From an uncultured Rhodospirillaceae bacterium (lineage in GTDB: Bacteria; Pseudomonadota; Alphaproteobacteria; UBA8366): a DNA stretch of 64,000 nt. The DNA is taken from contig CAJWLM010000002.1 in NCBI GenBank assembly GCA_913043025.1, forward strand, positions 130,355 through 194,354, written 5' to 3'. A program made the translations under genes and the position numbers. The notes under the pieces were generated by a model. That model made no database searches and was not told the DNA's origin. It saw nothing but the letters and a program-made list of their open reading frames with translations. This document shows positions 48,349 to 57,792 of the stretch, piece by piece. Positions within the stretch are counted from its first letter, which is position 1. Every line of letters starts with the position of its first letter.

Positions 48349-49749
48349 ATGCATACAGCATCTAATGGACAGCAACCCGCATTGTCGCCCACTTCGGTTT
48401 TAGCAAATTTTGCGAGCGGGCTTGGCTATGAGGACATAGATGATGCAAGCTTAAATACGGCTCGGCGTCATACTTTAGATACAATAGGCGCGATTTTTGC
48501 CGGAAGCACACAACACGCAACTATTGCGGCCGCTGGAGCCTTTGATACTCTTTGTTTGACTGGCTCGGTTCCGGTGCCGGGATTTGAAAAATGCTACGAT
48601 CCTATGTCAGCTGCTTATATATCTGGCACTGCTGCGCATGGATTGGAACTTGATGATGGTTATCGCGCTGGATCGGTTCATCCGGGCTGCGTTGTAATTC
48701 CAGCCCTCATTAGTGCTGCCTCAATTGGTAAGTACAATGGCAAGCAATTTATTAACGCGGTTGTTGTTGGTTACGAAGTTGTTTGTCGTCTTGCCGCGGC
48801 TATGCACCCCCATTCTCGGTATCGCGGATTCCACAACACACCGGTTATGGGCGTGATGGGAGCAGCAGCGGCGGTAGGAGCATTGCGCGACTTCAATGAG
48901 CGTCAAATGGCTGATGCTCTCGGTATTGCTGCCAGCAGTGCTAGTGGTATATTTGCATTTCTTCGTGGGGGAGGGGAGGTAAAGAGAACTCACCCCGGCC
49001 AAGCAGCGCGCGAGGGTTTGCAGGCGGCACTGAATGCCGAGCAAGGTATGGTTGGTCCGAGAGATGTTCTTGAAATTGAAGAAGGCTATTTTGATACTTT
49101 TGCGGGGGATGTGAATTTAAGTGCAGTTACAGATGGGCTAGAAAATGGACCGCGATCAGCAAGGCTTGTAATGGCGGGTTGCTATATCAAACCCTACGCT
49201 GCTTGCCGACATATACACCCAGGTATCGACGCAGTTATCGATATTCGTGCAGCTGAAAACATCGACCCGACAAAAGTGGTCAACGTAGATATTGGCACCT
49301 ACGAGATCGCCGTTGGGCATGCCAATGCCACTTACGAAGATATGCTATCTGCACAAATGAGTTACCAGTTCTGCATCGCAACTGCTTTGGAGCGAGGTGC
49401 CGTAGACCTTGAACATTTTAAGGAAAACGCAAGATATGAGAACGATGTTATCCAGCATGTGCCCAAAGTTAATGTATCTGTTGATAAAGAGTGCCATGAT
49501 GCTTATCCACGTTTGAGGGCAGCTAAGGTTGCAATTAAAATGCGAGACGGGGCCCAGTTTAATCGGTCCGTCGAGGACCCTTATGGGAGCGCTGGTAATC
49601 CGCTTCCGGATGATGCGTTGCAAACTAAATTCAATGGTCTTGTTCGTCCTTTGACTGATGATACCAAGGCTCTAGAGATTGAAAGATTAATCTGGGGCAT
49701 CGACGAGCTTGACGATGTTGGCAATTTGCTGACTAAACTAAGCCCTTAA
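48349..49749 (+). CDS. MmgE/PrpD family protein
   Basis: 466 aa with family-typical blocks (HGLELDD, GFHNTPVMG). An AGGAG RBS is present. Confidence 0.75.
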   Translation: MHTASNGQQPALSPTSVLANFASGLGYEDIDDASLNTARRHTLDTIGAIFAGSTQHATIAAAGAFDTLCLTGSVPVPGFEKCYDPMSAAYISGTAAHGLELDDGYRAGSVHPGCVVIPALISAASIGKYNGKQFINAVVVGYEVVCRLAAAMHPHSRYRGFHNTPVMGVMGAAAAVGALRDFNERQMADALGIAASSASGIFAFLRGGGEVKRTHPGQAAREGLQAALNAEQGMVGPRDVLEIEEGYFDTFAGDVNLSAVTDGLENGPRSARLVMAGCYIKPYAACRHIHPGIDAVIDIRAAENIDPTKVVNVDIGTYEIAVGHANATYEDMLSAQMSYQFCIATALERGAVDLEHFKENARYENDVIQHVPKVNVSVDKECHDAYPRLRAAKVAIKMRDGAQFNRSVEDPYGSAGNPLPDDALQTKFNGLVRPLTDDTKALEIERLIWGIDELDDVGNLLTKLSP

Positions 49750-50482
49750 ATAGAGATAAAGACGGATCTATTTTTTCAGCTTCAGCGAAGCCTTTTGCGC
49801 GTAAGTGACAGCTGTCGCACTCACCGCATGGTATTTTGCCGTCGTTATAACAGCTCCAACTCAGTTCGATGGGAGCATTGTTTATGAATGCTGTGCGAAC
49901 GATATCTGCTTTGCTCATAGCAATCAGCGGCGTTTCAATTTGAAGAGGAATACTGTATTGAGCCCACAGCTTACTGCCTTTTTGCAGAGTTTGAGCTGCT
50001 AATCTGTAGAAATCGGGCCGACAGTCGGGATACCCGCTGTAATCGATGGCGTTTGCAGCTATAAATATGGTTGCCTGTACCTCTGCAGGTTGTACCGCGT
50101 CTTTTTCGATCGCCCTTAGCGCCATACTCTCAAGGCGGGCTGCAGCAAGTGTTAAGAAAAATGTATTACGTAATGGTACATAGGTAATGGGGATGCCTGT
50201 CTCAATCTCTTCCTTGCTGCGCCCCTTTGGTAACTGATGCACCGGTGCATTGGTTAGTGCAGAATGATTTGCAAGCTCCTTATAAAAAGAAATATCTATG
50301 ATCACCTGGGTTATGCCTAACTTAGAAGCGATTGCTTTTGCGGAGTTGATTTCATGCCTATGGTTCTGCCCATAGTCAAAAGTTAATGCTACGAGATCAA
50401 TATCCTCCTTTATTGCCATGGAAGCGAGCGTTGTTGAGTCTAACCCGCCAGATAAGAGCACTATACCGAAATGATGTGTCAT
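49733..50482 (-). CDS. queC: 7-cyano-7-deazaguanine synthase
   Basis: It has the PP-loop VLLSGGLDSTT and the C-terminal zinc site CGECDSCHLR. Length is 249 aa. Confidence 0.9.
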   Translation of the reverse strand: MTHHFGIVLLSGGLDSTTLASMAIKEDIDLVALTFDYGQNHRHEINSAKAIASKLGITQVIIDISFYKELANHSALTNAPVHQLPKGRSKEEIETGIPITYVPLRNTFFLTLAAARLESMALRAIEKDAVQPAEVQATIFIAANAIDYSGYPDCRPDFYRLAAQTLQKGSKLWAQYSIPLQIETPLIAMSKADIVRTAFINNAPIELSWSCYNDGKIPCGECDSCHLRAKGFAEAEKIDPSLSLFKGLV

Positions 50483-51414
50483 TTTTCCTTACTGGATTTG
50501 CCTGCTTGGGCGACAATATTAGCAAGAGCAGCAGAAGCAACCCGTGCCTCTGGTGGGTCAGCACGACTTGTCAAAGTTATTGGCACCTTGGCTCCCAAAA
50601 CAATGCCGGCCGCACAGGCGCCCATGAAATAAACCATCATTTTGAAAAGTGCATTTCCAGTTTCAATATTTGGGACTAAGAGAATATCGGCATTTCCAGC
50701 TACGGGGTGGTTTATTTTTTTAAGGTTGGCAGCTTTGGTTGAAATTGCATTATCAAAAGCCAATGGCCCGAAAACTTGGCCACCAGAAATTTCATTTACG
50801 GCTCTTTTAGTAATTTCTACTGCCTCAATACTGCTGGGCATACTTTTGATCGGAGATTCAGTTCCGGAGAGCACCGCAACTTTAGGGTTATTATTCCCTA
50901 AAATGTGGGAAAGCTCGATTGCGTGTTGAGCCGCTTGTAGTCGGGTATCAATCGAGGGGGCCACATTAACTGCGCCATCCGTGATCATAAGAGAATTATT
51001 ATGCTCAGGTAGCGTCATGTGAAAGATGTGGGTTAAGCGGCGACCTGTTCGTAAGCCGGCTTCCTTTTTGAGGATGCCATGCATAAATTCGTCAGTATGT
51101 ACCTGCCCTTTCATCAGAGCTGCAACCTCGCCTTTGCCGGCTAACACTGCAGCAACATCGGCGCTGTCTTTATCCGTTTCGGCATGTATGATACGCTCGA
51201 CGCCAATATCCCAATTCAATCCGTCAGCTATCTTGAGGATTTCAATTCTATTTCCAATAAATATAGGTGTGATAAGTTGCTGCTCTTGAGCAAGCTTTGC
51301 GCTTTTCATTGGCAGCGCCCCATGGGCCCCAACGATAGCTGTTGGGGTTGGGGTTAATGTTTCCGCTTGCTTCAGTAGAAATTTGGGACACTGATATGAG
51401 TCTGTTTTAAGCAT
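50479..51414 (-). CDS. pta: Phosphate acetyl/butyryltransferase family protein (short Pta type)
   Basis: 311 aa with PTA_PTB-like blocks (LMKGQVHTDE, ITDGAVNVAP, LTSRADPPEARV). The stop overlaps the queC ATG as ATGA. Confidence 0.7.
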   Translation of the reverse strand: MLKTDSYQCPKFLLKQAETLTPTPTAIVGAHGALPMKSAKLAQEQQLITPIFIGNRIEILKIADGLNWDIGVERIIHAETDKDSADVAAVLAGKGEVAALMKGQVHTDEFMHGILKKEAGLRTGRRLTHIFHMTLPEHNNSLMITDGAVNVAPSIDTRLQAAQHAIELSHILGNNNPKVAVLSGTESPIKSMPSSIEAVEITKRAVNEISGGQVFGPLAFDNAISTKAANLKKINHPVAGNADILLVPNIETGNALFKMMVYFMGACAAGIVLGAKVPITLTSRADPPEARVASAALANIVAQAGKSSKEK

Positions 51415-51549
51415 GATAGATTTTTGACGCCTAAATAAATTATTGCATCAAACTCTACCTCGTTATGGTAAAAGACGCATCTATTAATCTTTGGGTTTTT
51501 TGATCTTGGTACAAAAGATCAGAGCACGTTAAAACGGAGAAAAAATCAT

Positions 51550-52860
51550 ATGACGAACCTTGCGAATGATTTTCGTAATCATTGGATGCCATATACTGCT
51601 AACAGAGATTTTTCTGAAGCACCACGGTTGGTTTCCGATGGGCAGGGTATACAACTAAAAAAAACTAATGGAGAAATTGTTCTTGATGCAGTTTCAGGTC
51701 TGTTTTGTACTCCTGCAGGATTGGGTAGAACGGAGATTGCAAACGCTGTTGCGAAACAACTAGAGACGCTTTCGTATGTAACTAGCTTTCAACATGGGCA
51801 TGGAAAATCATTCGAGTTAGCGAGTCGTATAGCCAGCCTTACTCCTGGAAATTTAGATCATGTTTTTTTCAGTAATTCCGGGTCAGAAGCAGTAGAAACT
51901 GCTCTAAAAATTGCTCTTGCTTATCACGCCGCTAAGGGCGAAAGCGGTAGAACACGACTTGTTGGGCGTGAAAGGGCGTACCACGGTGTCAATTTTGGTG
52001 GTCTATCTGTAGGTGGCATTGCGCGAAATAAGCACGGTTTCAGTTTGTCTCTGCCGGGAGTGCTTCATCTACGCCACACTTGGCTTGATGAAAACCGCTT
52101 TACGCAAGGTCAGCCAAAATCAGGGGTAGAGTTAGCAGATGATTTGCAGCGGTTTTGTGATACTCACGGTTCAAATTCCATAGCGGCGTGTATTGTTGAG
52201 CCAGTAGCGGGGTCAACAGGTTGCTTGCCTCCACCACTAGGATATCTTCAGCGTCTACGTGATATCTGTGACACAAATGGTATTTTGCTCATTTTTGACG
52301 AAGTTATTTGTGGTTTTGGTCGCATGGGCACAAACTTTGGATCGGATCGTTTTAATGTTTTGCCAGATATGATCACCATGGCGAAGGCACTTACCAACGG
52401 AGCAATTCCAATGGGAGCCGTGGCCGTGGCCGGCAAAATTTACGATACGGTAGTTGGTGAGGCTCCTGATAAATCAATAGAACTGTTCCATGGTTATACG
52501 TATACAGCTCACCCCGTTGCGTGTGCTGCCGCGCTCGCATCTCTTGATATTTATGAAAGTGAAGGTCTTTTTGAAAGATCGGCTGCTCTCGAAACGCCAT
52601 TCCTGGAGGAGTTGTTTGCACTAGCAGAACTGCCTTTAGTCAAAGACATTAGGGGTATAGGGATGCTTGGAGCGGTTGACTTGGATAGTGATGAAGCCGT
52701 GGGTAAGCGTGGTCATCGTGCTTTGAAGGCGTTCTTTGATGCCGGGGTTTTAGTTAAAATGACGGGTGATACCGTAATTTTAGCGCCGCCTTTTATTTCT
52801 AGTGAAGCAGATCTTGGCGTAATGTTTGGCAGGGTACGTAGCGTTCTTGAGATTCTTTAG
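51550..52860 (+). CDS. Class III aminotransferase, omega-amino acid:pyruvate (beta-alanine-pyruvate transaminase-like)
   Basis: 436 aa with HWMPYTANRDF, SNSGSEAVETALK, FDEVICGFGRMG and the PLP-lysine context MITMAKALTNG. Confidence 0.85.
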   Translation: MTNLANDFRNHWMPYTANRDFSEAPRLVSDGQGIQLKKTNGEIVLDAVSGLFCTPAGLGRTEIANAVAKQLETLSYVTSFQHGHGKSFELASRIASLTPGNLDHVFFSNSGSEAVETALKIALAYHAAKGESGRTRLVGRERAYHGVNFGGLSVGGIARNKHGFSLSLPGVLHLRHTWLDENRFTQGQPKSGVELADDLQRFCDTHGSNSIAACIVEPVAGSTGCLPPPLGYLQRLRDICDTNGILLIFDEVICGFGRMGTNFGSDRFNVLPDMITMAKALTNGAIPMGAVAVAGKIYDTVVGEAPDKSIELFHGYTYTAHPVACAAALASLDIYESEGLFERSAALETPFLEELFALAELPLVKDIRGIGMLGAVDLDSDEAVGKRGHRALKAFFDAGVLVKMTGDTVILAPPFISSEADLGVMFGRVRSVLEIL

Positions 52861-52863
52861 AGT

Positions 52864-53238
52864 TTATTCAGGCAAATTTAGTGAAACGATTTCTCCAGGT
52901 GTAACTTGTGCCAACTGAAAAACGTTGGTCGTTGCTTTCCCCCAAATATTACATGGACTAGCAAGGCGTATTTCATTGCCGACTGAAATTGGTGTTGGTC
53001 CGAAGCCCACTGCAATCGCATTTCCCGCGGGCCAATAGGCTATCTCTCCAGGTTCAACTATAGATTTTGCACTTGGTTCGAGGGCAGTTTCGATTGGTGT
53101 TGAAAAATAGACCTCTTCCCCCCACGTAGCAGCTGAGGATGTAAACGGGAGATATGCCAGAATTAATTTTGCCGTTGGAGTATCAAATGTTTCCACCTCA
53201 ATAGAAATTGTGCTGAAAGATATGCGCAATTTCGTCAT
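52864..53238 (-). CDS. Cyclophilin-like fold protein (DUF3830-type), function unknown
   Basis: 124 aa with TWGEEVYFSTPI and GEIAYWPAGNAIAVGFGPTP blocks. The ATG overlaps the hpnM stop as ATGA. Confidence 0.6.
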   Translation of the reverse strand: MTKLRISFSTISIEVETFDTPTAKLILAYLPFTSSAATWGEEVYFSTPIETALEPSAKSIVEPGEIAYWPAGNAIAVGFGPTPISVGNEIRLASPCNIWGKATTNVFQLAQVTPGEIVSLNLPE

Positions 53239-53876
53239 TTTGATTTTACGTTTTGAGTTTTAATGGCAACGGTTTTTTCTCTTATGCGCTCTATCAAGCC
53301 ATTTAAGCCATTCTTTTTTACAGTTGCATTATATTCAGACCGTTTTGTTGCCAGCTCACTGATACTGCCTTTTAAAAAAATATCAATTATCTGCCAACCG
53401 TGCTCATTTTTGCGCAATAGGTAATTTAATCTTATTACTGATCCATCTTTTTTAACTAATTCGGTTTTTATAAGTTTGGTGCCACGAGGCCCATCTTGTT
53501 TATTTCTAATTTCAATTTTTTCACCTGAATATCCATTGAAACGATCTGCATAGGTAGCTATCGTAAAATCAGTAAATACCTCTATTAATTTTTGTTTCGG
53601 ATCCGTTGTTAATGTTTTCCAGGGCCTCCCTACCGCATATTGGATCATGAAGGAGAAATCAAAAGTTTTTACGAGTACGGGTTTGAGTGTTTTATAACGC
53701 CCACTATAATCTAAGGTTTTTGCATGCTCCATCACGTGTAAAAGTGTCGAGTTAAAATCCTTAATGACTTGTATTGCCGAGGTTTTTGTTGTGGTCTCAT
53801 CTGAAACACACACGCTTGGAGCGATTAAGAAAAAACTCAAAACCGCTGGTGCCCACAACTTTGTAATTTGTTTCAT
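53235..53876 (-). CDS. hpnM: Hopanoid-associated MlaC/Ttg2D-family periplasmic lipid-binding protein
   Basis: It has a signal peptide (LWAPAVLSFFLIAPSVCV). The MlaC-like length (213 aa) and the position divergent from hpnN also fit. Confidence 0.7.
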   Translation of the reverse strand: MKQITKLWAPAVLSFFLIAPSVCVSDETTTKTSAIQVIKDFNSTLLHVMEHAKTLDYSGRYKTLKPVLVKTFDFSFMIQYAVGRPWKTLTTDPKQKLIEVFTDFTIATYADRFNGYSGEKIEIRNKQDGPRGTKLIKTELVKKDGSVIRLNYLLRKNEHGWQIIDIFLKGSISELATKRSEYNATVKKNGLNGLIERIREKTVAIKTQNVKSK

Positions 53877-53958
53877 TCAATGTACCCCAAGTTCAATCTT
53901 GTTATACTCATAATTGTTTGCGGCGTAACGGATCAATTAAAAAAATAAGGACTAAGAC

Positions 53959-56601
53959 TTGATTAAGGACATTTTAAGGCGACGTAGTGACGTTTTAGTG
54001 AGTGTCGCGAATTTTTGCGCAAAACGAGCTCTTTACGTGATCTTAATTTTGGGCTTTTTTTCAGCGGTGGTCTGTAATTATGTAATACAGAATGCTCAAG
54101 TGAATTCTGATACGAGCGAGATGTTGTCGCAATCGCTAGAATTTAGGCAGAATTTTCAGGCGTTTAAAGCTGCCATGCCGGCCGCCGGTCCTTCCTTGGT
54201 TGTCGTGATAGAGGCGCCGAATCCTGATCAAGCAGAGGATGCAGCGCGACTTTTGTCCCAAAGGCTTAGAAATACTGAAGGTATAAAAGGACCGGTCAAG
54301 TATCTTGCTGCTGACGCTTTCTTTGCAAATAATGGACTTTTATATCTTAAGCGCTCGGAACTTGATGAATTAGCGAATCGCTTATCCGATGCGCAACCGT
54401 TATTAGCTAGTCTAAGCGCAGATCCGAGCCTGCGGGGTCTGTTTGAAATATTGAGCCTAGCTCTTCATGAAGCCACGAAAGGAGGGAGTCCCCCTGAAGG
54501 TCTAAATCTGATCTTGGATAATATTGCCTCCGTTGCCGAAGCCAGAGCGCAGGGGCAGGCAGACGAGCTCTCTTGGCGGCGTCTCATATCCGGAGGAATG
54601 CAGGATGTTGGAGTTGCGCGAGAGTTCATCAGAGTTGGTATTGATCTTGACTTCTCGGGTCTTGGCCCCGCAAGGAAATCTATGGATTTGGTGCGCAAGG
54701 TTGCCGAGGTAGCTGCCCTTACTCCCGAACATGGGGTCAGAGTGCGGATCACAGGTGGGGATGCCATGTCTACGGAGGAGCTCACAAGTGTTTCTGAAGG
54801 AGCTGCAAAAGCGGGCTGGATTTCACTAATTGTCGTCACGCTTTTGCTGTTCCTTGCTCTAGGGTCATTGCGTCTTGTAATTGCAACCTTATTAACTTTA
54901 GTGACTGGCCTTGTGTTCACTGCTGGCTTTGCCATCTCTTTCGTGGGGTACTTGAACCTCATTTCGGTAGCTTTTGCTGTTCTTTTCATTGGTCTTGGAG
55001 TGGATTTTGGAATTCATTTTGCCCTACGATTTCGAGAAGAAATCGTCGCAGGTAAGCCCCAGTGCGATGCATTAGCTACCGCAACGCAAGATTTAGGTGG
55101 GGCTCTTACGCTCTGCGCCGTTGCGGCGGCAATTGGTTTTTTCTCGTTTTTGCCAACAAACTATAGCGGGCTATCTGAATTGGGTCTGATCTCGGGTGTC
55201 GGTATGTTTATAGCATTGGTTGCCAATTTTACTTTATTGCCAGCATTGTTGAGCCTATTGCCATTTAAAACTCCTTTGCGCCCATCGATAATACCAATCG
55301 TAATACCCAATTGGATAACGTATCGTTTTGGAGGTAAATTGGCTGCTGGAGCAGTTTTTGCCGCCGTTGCCGCCGCAGCGCTTCTCCCGCAGGCACGTTT
55401 TGATTTCAATCCACTTCATTTAAAAGACCCAACAACGGAGTCAGTTAGTACGGCAATTGACCTGATGGCCGATTCAACTGTATCGCCTGAAACTATTTCG
55501 GTTCTAATTGATCGAGATGAGAATATCTCTCAAATTATCGAAAATTTAACTGATCTACCTGAGGTGGACCGTGTTGTTTGGCTCGATAATTTTGTACCGC
55601 AGCACCAAGGCGAAAAGGTGTCAGTTATCCAGAATATTGCTTTTACAATGTTTTCCGTATTTGATCCTGCTGACAGAAAGGATCCCCCCGGTAAAGAGGA
55701 ACTCAAACGAGCTACAGGGCAGTTTCGCCAGCATTTGTTGGCAACCGCAAGTGATCGTTATGCAGATCCCGTAATAGCAGTCAGTGCCGAACGTTTGGCC
55801 AAAGCGCTTGTGCCCTACATGAGTTCGTCCCGTGATTTACAACGTTCAGTCAATGATCTTCAAGATGGTTTACTCGCGCGTTTTCAGGGTCGTTTGGAGA
55901 GGTTAGAAAAATCATTCAATGCCGCACCGTTCTCTGAAGCAGATATTCCAAGTGCTCTTAGAGGCAAATATGTTGCTCGTGATGGTCGCCTGCGACTAGA
56001 GATTTACCCAAAAGATAATGTTACTGACAATTCTGCGATGGAGCGATTCGTAAATGCAGTTAGTTCTCAAATACCAACAGCTACAGATACGCCAGTAGTT
56101 TTGGTCAGATCTGGCAGTGTGGTAATGGGAGCTATAGTACAAGCAACGGTCACAGCAATGTTTTTCATTTGTGCATTGTTGGCTTTTGTCTTGCGAAATT
56201 TTTGGGATGCAGCGTTGGTGTTGCTACCATTAGCGTTGGCTGCACTTTGGACTGTGGCTGCCTCTGTTATCTTAGATTTGCCCTTTAACTATGCAAACGT
56301 CATCGTTGTACCGTTGCTGCTTGGTTTAGGCGTTGCCAGCGGAACTCATTTAGTCATGCGTTCGCGGCTTGGATTGAGCGAGCGCGAGTTACTAAAAACT
56401 AGCACGCCACGTGCTGTTGTATTCAGTGCCTTAACAACCATCGGTTCGTTTGGCAGTCTTGCAATCTCAGATCACCGCGGAACCGCAAGCATGGGCGAAT
56501 TATTGATGGTTGCAATCGGCTTCACTCTAATTTCTACTCTGGTCATTCTGCCCTCCTTGATGGGATGGTTGAACAGCCGAGGACTTCGGCAGACGAGATA
56601 G
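53959..56601 (+). CDS. hpnN: Hopanoid transporter, RND superfamily (HpnN)
   Basis: A TTG start follows AAGGA. The 880-aa protein has two 6-TM bundles separated by large soluble loops and sits in an hpn cluster context. Confidence 0.8.
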   Translation: MIKDILRRRSDVLVSVANFCAKRALYVILILGFFSAVVCNYVIQNAQVNSDTSEMLSQSLEFRQNFQAFKAAMPAAGPSLVVVIEAPNPDQAEDAARLLSQRLRNTEGIKGPVKYLAADAFFANNGLLYLKRSELDELANRLSDAQPLLASLSADPSLRGLFEILSLALHEATKGGSPPEGLNLILDNIASVAEARAQGQADELSWRRLISGGMQDVGVAREFIRVGIDLDFSGLGPARKSMDLVRKVAEVAALTPEHGVRVRITGGDAMSTEELTSVSEGAAKAGWISLIVVTLLLFLALGSLRLVIATLLTLVTGLVFTAGFAISFVGYLNLISVAFAVLFIGLGVDFGIHFALRFREEIVAGKPQCDALATATQDLGGALTLCAVAAAIGFFSFLPTNYSGLSELGLISGVGMFIALVANFTLLPALLSLLPFKTPLRPSIIPIVIPNWITYRFGGKLAAGAVFAAVAAAALLPQARFDFNPLHLKDPTTESVSTAIDLMADSTVSPETISVLIDRDENISQIIENLTDLPEVDRVVWLDNFVPQHQGEKVSVIQNIAFTMFSVFDPADRKDPPGKEELKRATGQFRQHLLATASDRYADPVIAVSAERLAKALVPYMSSSRDLQRSVNDLQDGLLARFQGRLERLEKSFNAAPFSEADIPSALRGKYVARDGRLRLEIYPKDNVTDNSAMERFVNAVSSQIPTATDTPVVLVRSGSVVMGAIVQATVTAMFFICALLAFVLRNFWDAALVLLPLALAALWTVAASVILDLPFNYANVIVVPLLLGLGVASGTHLVMRSRLGLSERELLKTSTPRAVVFSALTTIGSFGSLAISDHRGTASMGELLMVAIGFTLISTLVILPSLMGWLNSRGLRQTR

Positions 56602-56609
56602 GTCTAGAA

Positions 56610-57608
56610 ATGACTATATTTTTGACAGGCGCCACCGGATTTGTTGGATCAGCTGTTTTGCGACAACTGCTGAAGAAGAGCTTGGATGTTAGAGCACTGG
56701 CAAGGCCAGGAGGAGATAGGCGCAATATTGCGGGTTTAGCCTGTGAAGTTGTTGAAGGCGATTTGACAGATACATCATCTTACAAGCACAGCCTTATCGG
56801 TTGTACGGCAGTATTTCATGTTGCCGCTGATTACAGGCTTTGGGCGCCGGATAGCGCGGCAATGGATCGTGTTAATATAGATGCAACACGCGATCTTTTC
56901 CGGCTTGCGACCGATAACGGGGCTGAGCGAATCGTATATACAAGTAGCGTTGCGACCCTTGGTATAAATCGCGATAATACCCCGGCTGATGAAGAGACAC
57001 CCAGTACCTACCATCAAATGATTGGTACCTACAAAAGGTCAAAATACCTGGCTGAGGAAGAGGTTCGCCGATTAGTATCAGATGAAGGAATACCGGCTGT
57101 CATCGTTAATCCGTCAGCACCCATTGGGCCCCGTGATCTTAAGCCCACTCCAACGGGCCGCATCATTGTAGATGCCGCTAATGGGAAAATACCGGCCTAC
57201 GTAGATACTGGTCTCAATTTTGTCCATGTAGAAGATGTGGCTCAAGGGCACCTCGACGCTTTTGAGAAGGGTAAAGTTGGTGAACGCTACATTTTAGGCG
57301 GCCAAAATATGACGTTAATTGAGATGCTTACAAGCATCTGTGACCAAGTAGGGCGGAAGCCTCCTGTAATTAAGATTCCGCATCGGCTTCTGCTTCCAGT
57401 TGCTCATATCGCTGAGACAATCTCTGTATTTACCGGAAAATGGGAACCGTTTGTAACGGTTGACAGCGTGAAAATGGCGTCAAAAAAAATGTACTTTTCC
57501 TCTCAAAAAGCAGAAACAGTTCTTGGTTACAAATCACGCCCAGCTAAAACTGCGGTAATTGATGCAGTTGAGTGGTACCGCGAAAATGGTTATTTAAAGC
57601 ATTTTTAA
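56610..57608 (+). CDS. hpnA: Hopanoid-associated NAD-dependent sugar epimerase/dehydratase family protein
   Basis: The ATG at 56610 gives MTIFLTGATGFVGSAV. The catalytic YxxxK (YKRSK) is present. Confidence 0.8.
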   Translation: MTIFLTGATGFVGSAVLRQLLKKSLDVRALARPGGDRRNIAGLACEVVEGDLTDTSSYKHSLIGCTAVFHVAADYRLWAPDSAAMDRVNIDATRDLFRLATDNGAERIVYTSSVATLGINRDNTPADEETPSTYHQMIGTYKRSKYLAEEEVRRLVSDEGIPAVIVNPSAPIGPRDLKPTPTGRIIVDAANGKIPAYVDTGLNFVHVEDVAQGHLDAFEKGKVGERYILGGQNMTLIEMLTSICDQVGRKPPVIKIPHRLLLPVAHIAETISVFTGKWEPFVTVDSVKMASKKMYFSSQKAETVLGYKSRPAKTAVIDAVEWYRENGYLKHF

Positions 57609-57792
57609 TATTTGGTTGGAACGAATACGCTTTCAGTAAAATTCAATATTGCTGTATCTTAAATTAATTTTAGACTAGGTTTAGCGGGGCAAATTGTTTA
57701 CTTGTTGCCGTCCCGCTGGTATGAATTGTAGTGTGCTTGAAGTAGTTTTTGTGAAATGAAACCTGTAGTGGTTTGATCGGGGACTGTAATCT

